A DNA stretch of 30,989 bases from Octopus sinensis. Taxonomy: Eukaryota. Where the stretch lies: contig NW_021832203.1 of assembly GCF_006345805.1 (NCBI RefSeq), positions 1 through 30,989 on the forward strand. Direction: 5' to 3'. Both the position numbers and the translations under genes were made by a program. Within the stretch, counting starts at the first letter, position 1, and every line of letters begins with the position of its first letter. Under the pieces are notes generated by a model. It had not been told where the DNA came from, did not search any database, and worked only from the letters and a program-made list of their open reading frames with translations. Of the stretch, positions 1 to 10,249 are shown in pieces.

Positions 1-208
1 GACCTGGCATAACTGTTTGCAAGTTGGGCAAAATGCTTGGCAGCATTTCGTTTTTTTTTACATTCTGAGTTCAAATTCCACCATGGTCGACTTACCCAAT
101 CATCCATTCGGGATTGTTGAAAAAGGCCCAGTTCAGTACTGGGGTCGATATAGTCAACTTCGCCCTCTCCAGAACTTGCTGGCGTTGTGCTAAGATTTTA
201 AACCATTA
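1..208 (+). mobile_element. tRNA-derived SINE, family A (tail type 2), decayed, cut by the window edge
   Basis: B-box-like GAGTTCAAATTCC, then GGTCGAC...CATCCATTCGGG and CTGGGGTCGAT; aligns by eye with the cleaner copies at 1526 and 14318. Confidence 0.75.
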
Positions 209-269
209 TCGGGACGCTCGATGACATTAAAAAGGTATTTCACGTACTCCAAAGTAACATAAAATATGT

Positions 270-547
270 CTTACTTTATAACATTTTCTCGTTACAGTCA
301 CTGGACTGCGACCATACTTGAGCACCATCTTGAAGAGTTTAGTCGAATCAATCAATCGTGTTATTTTTATTTTTAATATTGTAGGTATTCTACCGATTTC
401 TACCGGGGATCTAACCAAAGGAACACTGCTTCTCAAGAGAAGGGGGAACAGACTTAAACTCAAAGACGCACACACGTATGCATATATGTACCCACACGAA
501 CACAGACATGTACACGTAGAAACACAAGCATACGCTCACACACAGAT

Positions 548-578
<31 letters not shown>

Positions 579-604
579 ATATATATACAGAGAAAGAGAG
601 AAAG

Positions 605-678
<74 letters not shown>

Positions 679-729
679 GTAGGTAGACATGTCCATGCTG
701 TTTGAAAGCAAGTTTCTTACCACACAGCA
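270..729 (-). mobile_element. SINE family B (CORE-SINE-like), internally deleted, with a (GATA)n expansion
   Basis: The reverse complement of 700-729 is GTGCTGTGTGGTAAGAAACTTGCTTTCAA (B head); 290-430 matches the B tail (CAGTCA..GACTGCG.CCAT..TGAGCACC). Confidence 0.7.
609..678. repeat. (GATA)n microsatellite
   Basis: Near-perfect tetranucleotide array. Confidence 0.98.
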
Positions 730-745
730 CGCCTGATGCATATTA

Positions 746-1063
746 TTATATATATATATCTATATATATATATATTATATATATGTATGTAGTATATATA
801 TATAGATATACATATATATATATAATTTATAAATAAGGATAAGATCGATATTTAAATATCAAATATATCAAGTGGCCAGCATGGGAATAAAAACCTTCAA
901 ATATAATAATTATTTAAAATTATAAATTAGGGTATCTGAGAGATATCACCACGATGAAATAGCAGTCAAAACCTGACCCTAAAACCACATTAAATGTTCA
1001 AATAGCACTAGGAGAGTAGACAGAGAGACAAAATAAACTATAAAAATTTTTCTGGATATATAT

Positions 1064-1114
<51 letters not shown>

Positions 1115-1363
1115 TTAGAGACAAAACCACTATTTTGCAAACAAACCAGGAAAGACTTAATCAATACATAAAATTTTATTTTTTCCTTTTTTACTTTTTA
1201 TTTTTTACTTTTTATTAATACTTTATGTATTGTTAAGTCTTTCCTTGTTTCTTTTGCAAAATAGTGGTTTTGTCTCTAAATATTATTAATAATATTTTAC
1301 TATAAAATTGGATTTAACCTAAATCTGATTTTTCCCTGTAAATTTGGATTTATCCTAATATTT

Positions 1364-1450
<87 letters not shown>
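746..1450. repeat. Composite of (TA)n arrays separated by non-simple AT-rich units, ending in (TG)n
   Basis: (TA)n at ~746-825, 1057-1108 and 1368-1426; intervening units at ~830-1056 and 1110-1365. Confidence 0.85.
1115..1279. repeat. Foldback inverted repeat with 58-bp arms (MITE-like)
   Basis: 1115-1172 TTAGAGACAAAACCACTATTTTGCAAACAAACCAGGAAAGACTTAATCAATACATAAA pairs with 1222-1279 with only a few mismatches or indels, around a 49-nt T-rich loop. Confidence 0.9.
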
Positions 1451-1452
<2 letters not shown>

Positions 1453-1525
1453 TGTGTGTGTGTATACGTATATATTGTCACATAACATTTATATATACGT
1501 TTTGTGAACGGTAATATTTTGAATA

Positions 1526-1757
1526 AGGCGGCGAGCTGGCAGAAACGTTAGCACGCCGGGCGAAATGCTTAGCGATATTTCGTCTGCCGCTACGTTCTGA
1601 GTTCAAATTCCGCGGAGGTCGACTTTGCCTTTCATCCTTTCGGGGTCGATCAATTAAGGACCAGTTACGCACTGGGGTCGATGAAATCGACTTAATCTGT
1701 ATGTCTGTCCTTGTTTGTCCCCTCTATGTTTAGCTCCTTGTGGGTAGTAAAGAAGTA
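1526..1757 (+). mobile_element. SINE family A, full-length monomer (tail type 1) with a 16-bp TSD
   Basis: Head GGCGGCGAGCTGGCAGAAACGTTAGC, B box GAGTTCAAATTCC, core GCCTTTCATCCTTTCGGGGTCGAT, tail ...AAAGAAGTA. Flanks are GGTAATATTTTGAATA (1510-1525) and GGTAACATTTTGAATA (1758-1773). Confidence 0.92.
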
Positions 1758-1827
1758 GGTAACATTTTGAATACAAATGTTTGATATTTCATTCCATATG
1801 TACATTTGTGTGTGTTTGTGTGTGTGG

Positions 1828-1867
<40 letters not shown>

Positions 1868-2459
1868 AAAAAAGAGTGAGAAAGCGATAAAGTTGTTTAA
1901 ATACTATCATCGATAAAAGTTTGCAGTTTTGATTAAACTACCAATGTCTTCGGAAAGATGCCTTAAATGCTGTCGCCTGCTTCAGCATCAGTGACTATCA
2001 TGGACGACTATCACTCCGTCTGTTCTTTTAATCTTCTTTCCCTCTTGCGTGACCGACAGGGACACACATTGCGTCATTTTATATGTAAGATGCACATATA
2101 AAGCATAATTTGCATATGGTCAATATTCAAAAACTTATCCAGGTTGAGGGGTAGAACAGAGATTGAGCGTTCATGCTTGAAACTTCGAGGTTTGAATTGT
2201 TTCTTGTGCATCAAAGGGGAGATGTTTCGACCTTAATATCTAAAATGTTTATTGTTACAATATTTGAATCTTCCCTAATATAGAGGTTGCATTTGTTTTC
2301 TACCATTATATTTGCTGGTGTTAGCTATGCTGTTCCAGTTTATATGGGGGGGGGAGGTCTCGTTCCTCTCTTTAATTGTTCATACCTTCTTTGATAAAAA
2401 TGTTGCGTGTCTTTATATTTTGTCTCTAAACGAAACCAAGTACTGCGTATATCTCTCCT

Positions 2460-2600
2460 TGAAGGTGAGTTTCCACCTACTCGATACACTCACAAGCTCC
2501 TTTGTGGTTATAGTAGAAGTCTCTTACCCAACGTTCCTTGCAGTGGGACTGAACTCGAAACGTCGAAGCTACAAAGCAATCTTTTTAATCACACAACCAT
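2460..2600 (-). mobile_element. SINE family B, decayed 5' part
   Basis: Reverse complement reads GGTTGTGTGATTAAAAAG...GAGTTCAGTCCCACTGC...TTGGGTAAGAGACTTCTACTATA. Confidence 0.7.
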
Positions 2601-3027
2601 CAGTACACATTGGGGTAGCATTTACAGGTCTCGACATAATATGAAAATTTAAACCCTCAGAGAATCTGAAATGAAATCATTTCTACGTAGTGACTGAATA
2701 TGTATCCTTATGTATCCTTCCACCTTGAGAGTAACCATAATTCTTGAAGGGTCCTTGAACTTTCAGGTGCATGCTCCGTGTCATTTAGAGTGCATCCTGA
2801 AAAGAATATCCTGTGGTTTTGTACCTAAAGCATCAGATTTCATGAAAGAAAGAAACGATAACTTCGATTGGAAATGTAAGAGTAGGCCTAGAGTTAGTTA
2901 CTTTGGATTCATTGAAATAATCGTATATGTAATCCAATCATGCTGGTGCTGTTCTGCGTCGGCAAGAATTATATATATGTACTGAAATCGATAAAAAGAG
3001 TACAGGGGAACTTGTGGTGATGTGTTG

Positions 3028-3063
3028 AAATCCAACATTTCTGACACAGTTTTCTTCAGGGTG
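3028..3063 (-). ncRNA. Decayed hammerhead ribozyme motif, inverted homolog of the 3200 copy
   Basis: Minus strand reads CC-CUGAAGA-AAACUGUGUCA-GAAA-UGUU-GG. Stem II is eroded and C15.2 is changed to U, so it is probably inactive. Confidence 0.5.
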
Positions 3064-3189
3064 AAAGTTGAAAGGTGAATATTTGATGAGAGAGAGAGAG
3101 AGAGAGCAAAGCTTTACACCGTCTCAGTTCCACCCAGTGTTTTTTCACTTAGATGTAAAACGCTCCTGTCATGAAATTCTCTTTCTTTC

Positions 3190-3233
3190 AAATTTTTCTC
3201 TGATGAAGGACTGTGTCCGAAACGTTAGATTTT
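3190..3233 (+). ncRNA. Minimal type I hammerhead ribozyme motif (PLE-associated class)
   Basis: CUGAUGA(3200-3206)-A-GGAC/UGU/GUCC (4-bp stem II)-GAAA(3219-3222)-CGUU. Stem III is minimal (AC/GU), the predicted cleavage is after U3226, and stem I is UCU/AGA. Confidence 0.7.
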
Positions 3234-3585
3234 CCACTCCACATCGTAAGTTCACTGTACACCTTCAATCAATTTACCGAACTAATCGCAGTCGCATTGG
3301 TTAGTTGACAGTAGACATTGGAAGCAAAACAAACAAAAAAATACAAATTATAATAATTATTTCGTAACTATCACGTGACATCGAGCAAAAGAGAGCAAAA
3401 CCAGTTGTGACGATGACGATGAGAATGATGATGATAAAAAAGAGGAGAAGCAGGAGCAGGAAGGGGAGGAAGTGGAGGAGGAGAAGGTATGCTGCTACTA
3501 CCAATGATGACAATACTGATGATGGTCACTATGATATATGTTTGCATATATGTCTATAAGCATGCGTGCGCGCATGCATGCAGTT

Positions 3586-3630
3586 ACGTATGTATGTATG
3601 TATGTATGTATGTATGTATGTATGTATGTA
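3586..3630. repeat. (TATG)n microsatellite
   Basis: Direct reading. Confidence 0.95.
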
Positions 3631-4047
3631 CGTGTGTGAGTGTATTTGTGAGTGTGTATGTATACTCATGTATGTCAACATATTAGCACTTAGTATTTGT
3701 ACTTCGAGCTCATTATTCTAAGTGGCCTCAACATGGTAGCTCCTCCCAAAAAAAAAACTACTAAGCATGCGTGCATATATATCTGTGTGTGTGTGTGTGT
3801 GTATCTATGTATCTATGTATCTGTGTATTTATACATGGTAGAGTACGTGCGCTTGTGTTGTGCATGCGTGTAAATCATGTTTGTTCTCTTGAATGTATTC
3901 CTGTATTGAGAAAGGGACAATGATGCAACGTCGCTGGTAGGAGTTTTGGTTCAAGGCTACTGATTGTGTCACGTTCAAGATTGATCTCAGAGCCATAGAG
4001 AAATGGCAATACCTTTTCCACACTACTTCCGTTTAAGACCATTTTTA

Positions 4048-4048
<1 letters not shown>

Positions 4049-4106
<58 letters not shown>

Positions 4107-4215
4107 GGCTGCTGCTGCTACATCTGCTACTATTGCTGCTGCTTCTGCAGCTACTATTACTACTAATACGCCTACTGCTGCTGCTACTACTACTACTATT
4201 GCGGCTGCTGCTGCT
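4049..4215. repeat. (ACT)n grading into a mixed (GCT)/(ACT) trinucleotide array
   Basis: Direct reading; source of the poly-T, poly-A, poly-S and poly-L pseudo-ORFs. Confidence 0.95.
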
Positions 4216-4330
4216 ACCTATTTTTCTTTTTCTGACACATTTCTTGGTTTTCTTTTGTGAAATTATGTTTTTCTCCAAAGTTGCTGAGGCTTCACAATTA
4301 ACATTCTTCTTGTCCTTATCATGAATATTC

Positions 4331-4332
<2 letters not shown>

Positions 4333-4387
<55 letters not shown>

Positions 4388-4463
4388 TATCATCATCATC
4401 ATCATCTTCTTCTTCTTCTTCTTCTTCTTCTTCTTCTTCTTCTTCTTCTTCTTCTTCTTCTTC
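4333..4463. repeat. Compound (ATC)n-(TTC)n microsatellite
   Basis: Direct reading. Confidence 0.97.
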
Positions 4464-4565
4464 TGCTTCTTCGTCTTCATTTTTTCTTCTTCCTCTTCTG
4501 CTCATACGTAAAGAAGCGATCACGATTATTTACAGGTATATATGTATGTACTTATGTATGTATGT

Positions 4566-4632
4566 ATGGATGGATGGATGGATGGATGGATGAATGGATG
4601 GATGGATGGATGGATGGATGGATGGATGGATG
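4566..4632. repeat. (GGAT)n microsatellite
   Basis: Direct reading. Confidence 0.95.
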
Positions 4633-4904
4633 TATATATGTATGTATGTTTGAATTTAATTGTTAATATTGGCTGCCATTTCAAGTACACACTGTTACCA
4701 CATAGCTGCTAATTGAGATAAAGAACCCGAAAGCCAAATCTTTCCCCTTCTGGGGAAAGGAGCCGTTTACGCGTGATTTCGATGTCACATTCATTGGAAG
4801 CATACGAAATAACCTCGGAAAGAAAACACGAAACAAACTCCGTAGCTAGGATATTCAAACTTTCCAGGAGACCCAACGGGTCAGGGGTAGTCTAGTGTGT
4901 GTGT

Positions 4905-5041
<137 letters not shown>

Positions 5042-5255
5042 GTATAGAGAGAGAGGGAGACTGACAGACTTACAGTGACAAAGAGACAGATATAAGGGGC
5101 TATGCTAATATAATAAATCAACTACATAAAGTTCAGTGTCAGTCACTGACATGTGAATATATGTACGTATATATGTATGTGTTTGTGTGAATGTGTGTGT
5201 GTGTATTTGCACGAGTGTGTATGTCTATGTGTGTTTGTGTGTCTATGCGCAGACC

Positions 5256-5625
5256 TGGCTTTGTGGTAAGAATTTTGCTGTCAAGCACATGGTTCCGAGT
5301 TCAGTCCCACTGCTTGGCACCATGGGTGAGAGTCTTGTACCATAGTCTTAGGCGACCAAAGTACTGTCGGTGGATTTCGCAGAGAGAAACTGTAAGATAC
5401 TTGTCGTATACATATGGGTGGGTGGGTGAACGCATGCGTGCATGACTGTGTTCGCTTTTGTTTGTGTATGTCTTCTACAAATGCTTCAGAACTTGTATTG
5501 GTGTGTTTACGTGCTCGTAACTTAGCGGATCGAGAAAAAGAGCCCGATAAAATACGTACCAGGCTTAAAATATGTAAATACTAGTGTCGATTTTTTCCAT
5601 TGAAATTCTTCAAGGCAGTGCCACA
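5256..5625 (+). mobile_element. SINE family B, decayed
   Basis: TGTGGTAAGAA...GAGTTCAGTCCCACTGC..GGCACCATGGGTGAG (CORE-like), tail GTGTTTACGT..CGTAACTTAGCGG...CCGATAAAATACGTACCAGGC. Confidence 0.8.
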
Positions 5626-5989
5626 TCAGTTCGAAGAGGCTGCTTGCAAGCGAAGTTTCATGTTTTGAATTGGGCTTCGGAATGTGTAGATGTGTTGGTA
5701 GTACCGCAGTTTACAGGGTTTTGCCTGTGATAGTAGCGTAGCTTAAATGGTTTTGATATTAAAACAAAATTGTGGACTATTTAGTGCGAGGTCTTTGGAA
5801 ACTACAAAGTCGTAGCATTTGCAGCTGATATGATTGGTTAATTGAAATTAGTATGTTTAGTGGAAGCTAAAGATCGTGAGAGTTTATTTTGCGAGAATTT
5901 AATATGGTCATCAGACGGAAATATTAGCTATTTATATAAAATAATTACTATTGTGTGAAATGCTTCTTTATTATTTTGAAGATAGTAGC

Positions 5990-6135
5990 TACTGAATTCT
6001 ACAAAATCTACAGCATCAAAGTCATGGGACCTTATAGGATTGATCCCTACTATATCTAGCCGGTATTGGCCTCCTCCTCTAGTTTCTGCTCTTTACTCGT
6101 AAGGGCTATGACATTCCAATTCCCAAATCTTAACG
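5990..6135 (-). pseudogene. Decayed N-terminus of an apurinic-like endonuclease from an RTE-clade LINE (Expander/Rex3-like)
   Basis: Minus strand translates RFGNWNVIALTSKEQKLEEEA, then after a frameshift YRLDIVGI. This matches the G-T/N-W-N-V...Y-R-L-D-I-V-G pattern of RTE endonucleases. The 5' UTR may extend to ~6300. Confidence 0.7.
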
Positions 6136-7159
6136 GTTGTTACTTCCTGGACCCACTTCGGGGTTCCAAGACATGCATCCTTTGTGTTCCAACCCCACGC
6201 TTCTTAGATTATGTGGCAGATTATGTGGCAGGCTTACTGCAGGCTGACCGGCATTGTTTAGAAACTGCAATAGACTTTTCAAAGAAACACATTCTATCTA
6301 ACATCTGAGCGCATCTCTAGTCAATCAGCGCGACGGATGATGCCCCTTTCATATTGCAGTCTTTAGTGATCTTATTCACATCAGGCAGTAACTAGGGGTT
6401 TATATTTTACAAGTGAAATGTGGGCTGAGCTGAGGATGTATAAACCTGAACGTCCCAATATCCATTGTTCGTAATTGATAACAAATATTGGAAGTGAGGT
6501 CCTATTTGCATTTCTGTAATGCTAAATATTGCTATCGTCGTGTAATCACCAAACATAATTGTGTCGCCGGATTTTACTGCATATTTATTTACAAAAATTT
6601 TCCAAGTTCCTAGATGGCCTTGTGGTCAAAGGTGTCTATAAGCAATGCCATATATGTATAAAAGTAGGGATTTCAATCTCTTTCAAGCAATTATAATAGG
6701 GACTTGTTAAATATCTAAATGAAAGTTCCCCAGCGTAGCTACAACCATTGAGTTGAACCTCATCACAGAAGTATTTTTTTCATATTATATCTATAAAGAA
6801 ATTTATGATATTATATATCCTACATCTCCGGGAACTAGAATATAAAGCTAGATTGATTAGCTAATTATTGAAATTGTGATTAGATACGCTTGAGATTTGA
6901 AACTGTACTAATTTTACAAACTACTCACCTGATAAAAAAAAAAACTTAATACACTTTATTGTGTATTTTACCTTTTATTAGTAAGTCTTGTTCTTACGAA
7001 TAGGCTCAGAGGTGAAACAGTAGTATGAACATATGCACATATACACACACCCATACACACACACATATTTATATGCATCTATATATACCTATGTACATAC
7101 ATACATACACTAAATATAAAGTGTAGTCAAAGATACTTAGACATAAAGATACAGAAGCC

Positions 7160-7504
7160 TAGAGCCACGCACACGCACACACAGACACACAGACGTATAC
7201 ACACACACACACATACACACCCATACTGGCACACAAACTCACACACACAAACACACACAACCCTGCGAACAAGTTCGCATACAAACTCACGCACTCATAT
7301 ACGCATAGACACAAACACTCTCCATTCACCACATACATATATCCACCATTACCACCACCCCCACCACCACCAACACCACCACCACACCCCACTCCCACCC
7401 TCCCAATATCAATCAAATCAAAAGAAATGATCAAATATGGCGACTCAGTGAAAAAAATGATAATTTTCCGCTTGAATTCCGAATTATTGATCATTACACT
7501 GTTA

Positions 7505-7546
<42 letters not shown>

Positions 7547-7760
7547 GTTGCTGCTGCTGCCGCTGCTAGTATTGTTACTGATGTTCGTGATGCTGACACT
7601 GCTGTTGTTACCACTAGTGCTAGTGGTACTGCTGCCATAACAACTATTATTACAGATGCTAGTGATTGTGGTGGTGGTGGTGGTAGTGGTGCTAGTACTG
7701 CTGCTAATACTACCACGGCTGCTTCTTCTACAACTAGTACTACTACTAAATATACTGTAG
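7160..7760. repeat. Low-complexity tract: degenerate (CA)n, (CCA)n, (ACT)n, (GCT)n and (GGT)n
   Basis: Direct reading; explains the 254-aa and 116-aa pseudo-ORFs. Confidence 0.9.
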
Positions 7761-8344
7761 TAATACAAATAATATAACAATTATTGATATTTGATGGCCT
7801 CTGATATATTGAAAGTTTGAAAATAAAAAGGAACAAGGCTAGATCCCCGATTCGACAAGAAAAATTTCTACATCGTTCTTCAATCAAAAAAAAAAAAAAG
7901 AAAAAATAGCGGCTATATCTCATTCAAATCACATCGCTTCGGCCAATAAGGCACACTTTTCTTTATATACATATACATAATTATGTGTGCGTGTGTGTGT
8001 GTGTGTATTACACACTTACACACACATATGCATATATGTATGTATGTTTATGTTAAAAAATCATTCTGTGCCTTAAATGATTTGTTGGGCCCCACCGTAA
8101 GGTGGTTTCCTACTTGATACTCACTTATTCCTAAACATGCAATACTGAAATAAGAAAGCGTCAAAATAAGCCCATTTTTGCCATCAAATACAGTAAGTTA
8201 TTTTGCATAATGTAGACTCGGGTATGATCTACCCAGTTGTAACACCATTCCCCATAGGACATTTGCGTTGCTGTTTCTATTTCTCACGAATATTAACAAC
8301 TAGTAGAAAACCGTCCATAGAAGGGGATTTATGCTCGTAATAAT

Positions 8345-8743
8345 CCTTTCTACTATAGATGCAAGGCCTGAAACATTGAAAGAGGTGGGTAAATCGATTA
8401 CATTTACCCACCTGCTGGTATTTATTTTTATCGACCACGAAAGGATGAAAGGCAAAGTCGATGCCAGTAGAATTTGAACTCAGAACGTAAAGACAGACGA
8501 AATACCTATTTCTTTACTACCCACAAGGGGCTAATCACACAGAGAGGACAAACAAGGACAGACAAACGGATTAAGTCGATTATATCGACCCCAGTGCGTA
8601 ACTGGTACTCTATGTATCGACCCCGATAGGATGAAAGGCGAAGTCGACCTCGGCGGAATTTGAAATCAGAACGTAACGGCAGACGAAATACCGCTAAGCA
8701 CTTCGTCCAGCGTGCTAACGATTCTGCCAGCGCACCGACTTTC
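8345..8743 (-). mobile_element. SINE family A tandem dimer (tail-1 unit followed by tail-2 unit) with a 13-bp TSD
   Basis: Junction AAAGAAATA|GGTATTTCG (plus strand CGAAATACCTATTTCTTT, ~8497-8515). Flanked by TGCTCGTAATAAT at 8332-8344 and 8744-8756. Confidence 0.9.
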
Positions 8744-8749
8744 TGCTCG

Positions 8750-8950
8750 TAATAATAATAATAATCTTTTCTACTCTAGGCACAGTATCTGAATATTAAT
8801 GGGCGAGGGGCTCTCAGATAAAATCGATCCCAGTGCTCAACTAGTACTTATTTTATCGACCGCGAATGAATGAAAAGCAAATTCGACCCCTGCTACATTT
8901 GGACTCAAAACACTGGTATGAACGAAATGCCGCAAGGCCTGCAAACGTAA
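8750..8950 (-). mobile_element. SINE family A (tail type 2, ending in (ATT)n), decayed
   Basis: Reverse complement of the tail is GTGCCTAGAGTAGAAAAGATTATTATT; core remnants ATCGA.CCCAGTGCTCAACT.GTACTTATTTTATCGACC. Confidence 0.75.
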
Positions 8951-9299
8951 ATGCTGACCTTGGCCAAATATTTAAAATCAGCATAGATAAAACAACTGCA
9001 ATTTTAAAATTGACTATTTTATCTTATCAAATTAGCGCACGAAATTTTTTTAAAATCCGAAGTAACCTCATAGGGATTGAAATCACAATGCAAAGAGCCA
9101 GAAGAAAGATCGGGACAGATTTTATCCGAAACTCAAGCAATTCTAACAATTCAACCTTTTTTGACAAATCGATTCACAATCTACATAATCAATGCAATAA
9201 GATTGCCACTGCACAGCTGTTCATTTTCCTTAATTGCGGGCGTCGATCATCACTTAATCTACGGGAATCTTATTGTTTAATAAATAACTATTACTAATA

Positions 9300-9625
9300 T
9301 AGACACAAGGTCAGTAATTTTGAAAGGAGAGGTTTTGTCAATATCATCGAATGCAGTACTTGAGCAATATTTTCTTTTATCTACCTTGGAATGATGGGAA
9401 ACAAATTCGTTCACAGCGGGAGTGGAGGCGCAATGGCCCAGTGGTTAGGGCAGGGGACTCGCAGTCGTAAGAACGCGGTTTCGATTCTCAGACCGGGCAT
9501 TGTGAGTGTTTATTGAGCAAAAGCACCTAAGCTCCACAATAATTTATTTTACCGATCCCAGAATGATACAAAGGCAACAATCACTATCAACAAGATTTTA
9601 ACTCAGAGCATAAAAGAATCTACCG
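9300..9625 (-). mobile_element. Two strongly decayed family-A fragments (~9300-9420 and ~9540-9625) flanking a family-C copy
   Basis: Residual AGACACAAGG...ATCATCGA...CAGTACTTGA and ACCGATCCCAGAATGAT..AAGGCAA...GATTTTAACTCAGAGC. Confidence 0.5.
9424..9537 (+). mobile_element. tRNA-derived SINE family C, 3'-truncated
   Basis: A box TGGCCCAGTGG and B-box-like GGTTTCGATTCT at tRNA-like spacing. It continues into a non-tRNA body (TTGTGAGTGTTTATTGAGC...GCTCCAC), so it is a SINE head and not a tRNA gene. Confidence 0.8.
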
Positions 9626-9627
9626 AA

Positions 9628-9790
9628 GGCGGAGGAGTAGCTGTGTCGTAAGTAGCTTGCTTACCAACCACATGGTTCCGGGTTCAATCCCACTGCGTAG
9701 CACCTTGGGCAAGTGTCTTCTACTATAGCCTCGGACCAACCAAAGCCTTGTGAGTGGATTTGGTAGACGGAAGCTGAAAGAAGCCCGTCG

Positions 9791-9824
<34 letters not shown>

Positions 9825-10055
9825 TATATGTGTGCGTGTGTGTATTTGTGTGTCTGTGTTTGTCCCCCCACCATCGCTTGACAACCGATGCTGGCGTGTT
9901 TACGTCCCCGTAACTTAGCGGTTCGGCAAAAAAGACCGATAGAATAAGTACTAGGCTTACAAAGAATAAGTCCTGGGGGTCAATTTGCTCGACTGAAGGC
10001 AGTGCACTAGCATGTCCACAGTCAAATGACTGAAACAAGTAAAAGAGTAAAAAGA
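9628..10055 (+). mobile_element. SINE family B (CORE-SINE), near full length, with an internal (TA)n(TG)n tract
   Basis: B box GGGTTCAATCCC, CORE-like GCACCTTGGGCAAGTGTCTTCT, tail ending GACTGAAACAAGTAAAAGAGTAAAAAG. Probably related to the octopus OR-type SINEs (unverified). Confidence 0.92.
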
Positions 10056-10249
10056 AGGCAAAGAGTAAGTCCTGAAATTATTACTCGCAGAGAGACTTTC
10101 TTTCCAAACCTGTGACTCACAAGAGCAGTTACCCAATTCCCAAAGCGTAGAAGTGAATGAGATTACAAAATACCCTTGAACTGACACCAATACGTTGCAG
10201 GACTCAAAGCTAGTAAAGGTGAGGACAGGGCACACGCCGATTACATAGT

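Larger units (their letters stand above)
2985..3277. mobile_element. Inverted pair of homologous ~110-bp units, Penelope-like-element pseudo-LTR-like remnant
   Basis: The reverse complement of ~2985-3100 aligns with ~3165-3277 (TCAT.AAAT...TTTCAA...CTGA.GAA..ACTGTGTC.GAAA.GTT.GATTT...AAGTTC.CTGTAC...ATC.ATTT). Each unit contains a hammerhead core. Confidence 0.65.

Noticed and set aside
2710-2985. 91-aa ORF next to the hammerhead pair
   Set aside because: No RT, GIY-YIG or other recognisable motif on either strand.
7159-7923. Longest ORF (254 aa) and the other poly-amino-acid ORFs in the track
   Set aside because: They are built from tri- and dinucleotide arrays that lack stops in several frames. 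They have no domain-like content.
8092-8105. CCACC-GTAA-GGTGG GNRA hairpin, and similar short stems at 4741, 4870, 19252 and 25349
   Set aside because: Stems of 5-7 bp are expected by chance in 31 kb.
8866-9297. 143-aa ORF without obvious simple repeats
   Set aside because: The start lies inside an antisense SINE A copy, there is no recognisable motif, and there is no splice context.
9424-9495. Possible tRNA gene
   Set aside because: A and B boxes are present, but there is no acceptor-stem closure or T-run terminator, and it continues into a SINE body.
10091-10218. Candidate exon (CAG|...AAG|GTGAGG)
   Set aside because: All three frames contain stops and the polypyrimidine tract is poor.
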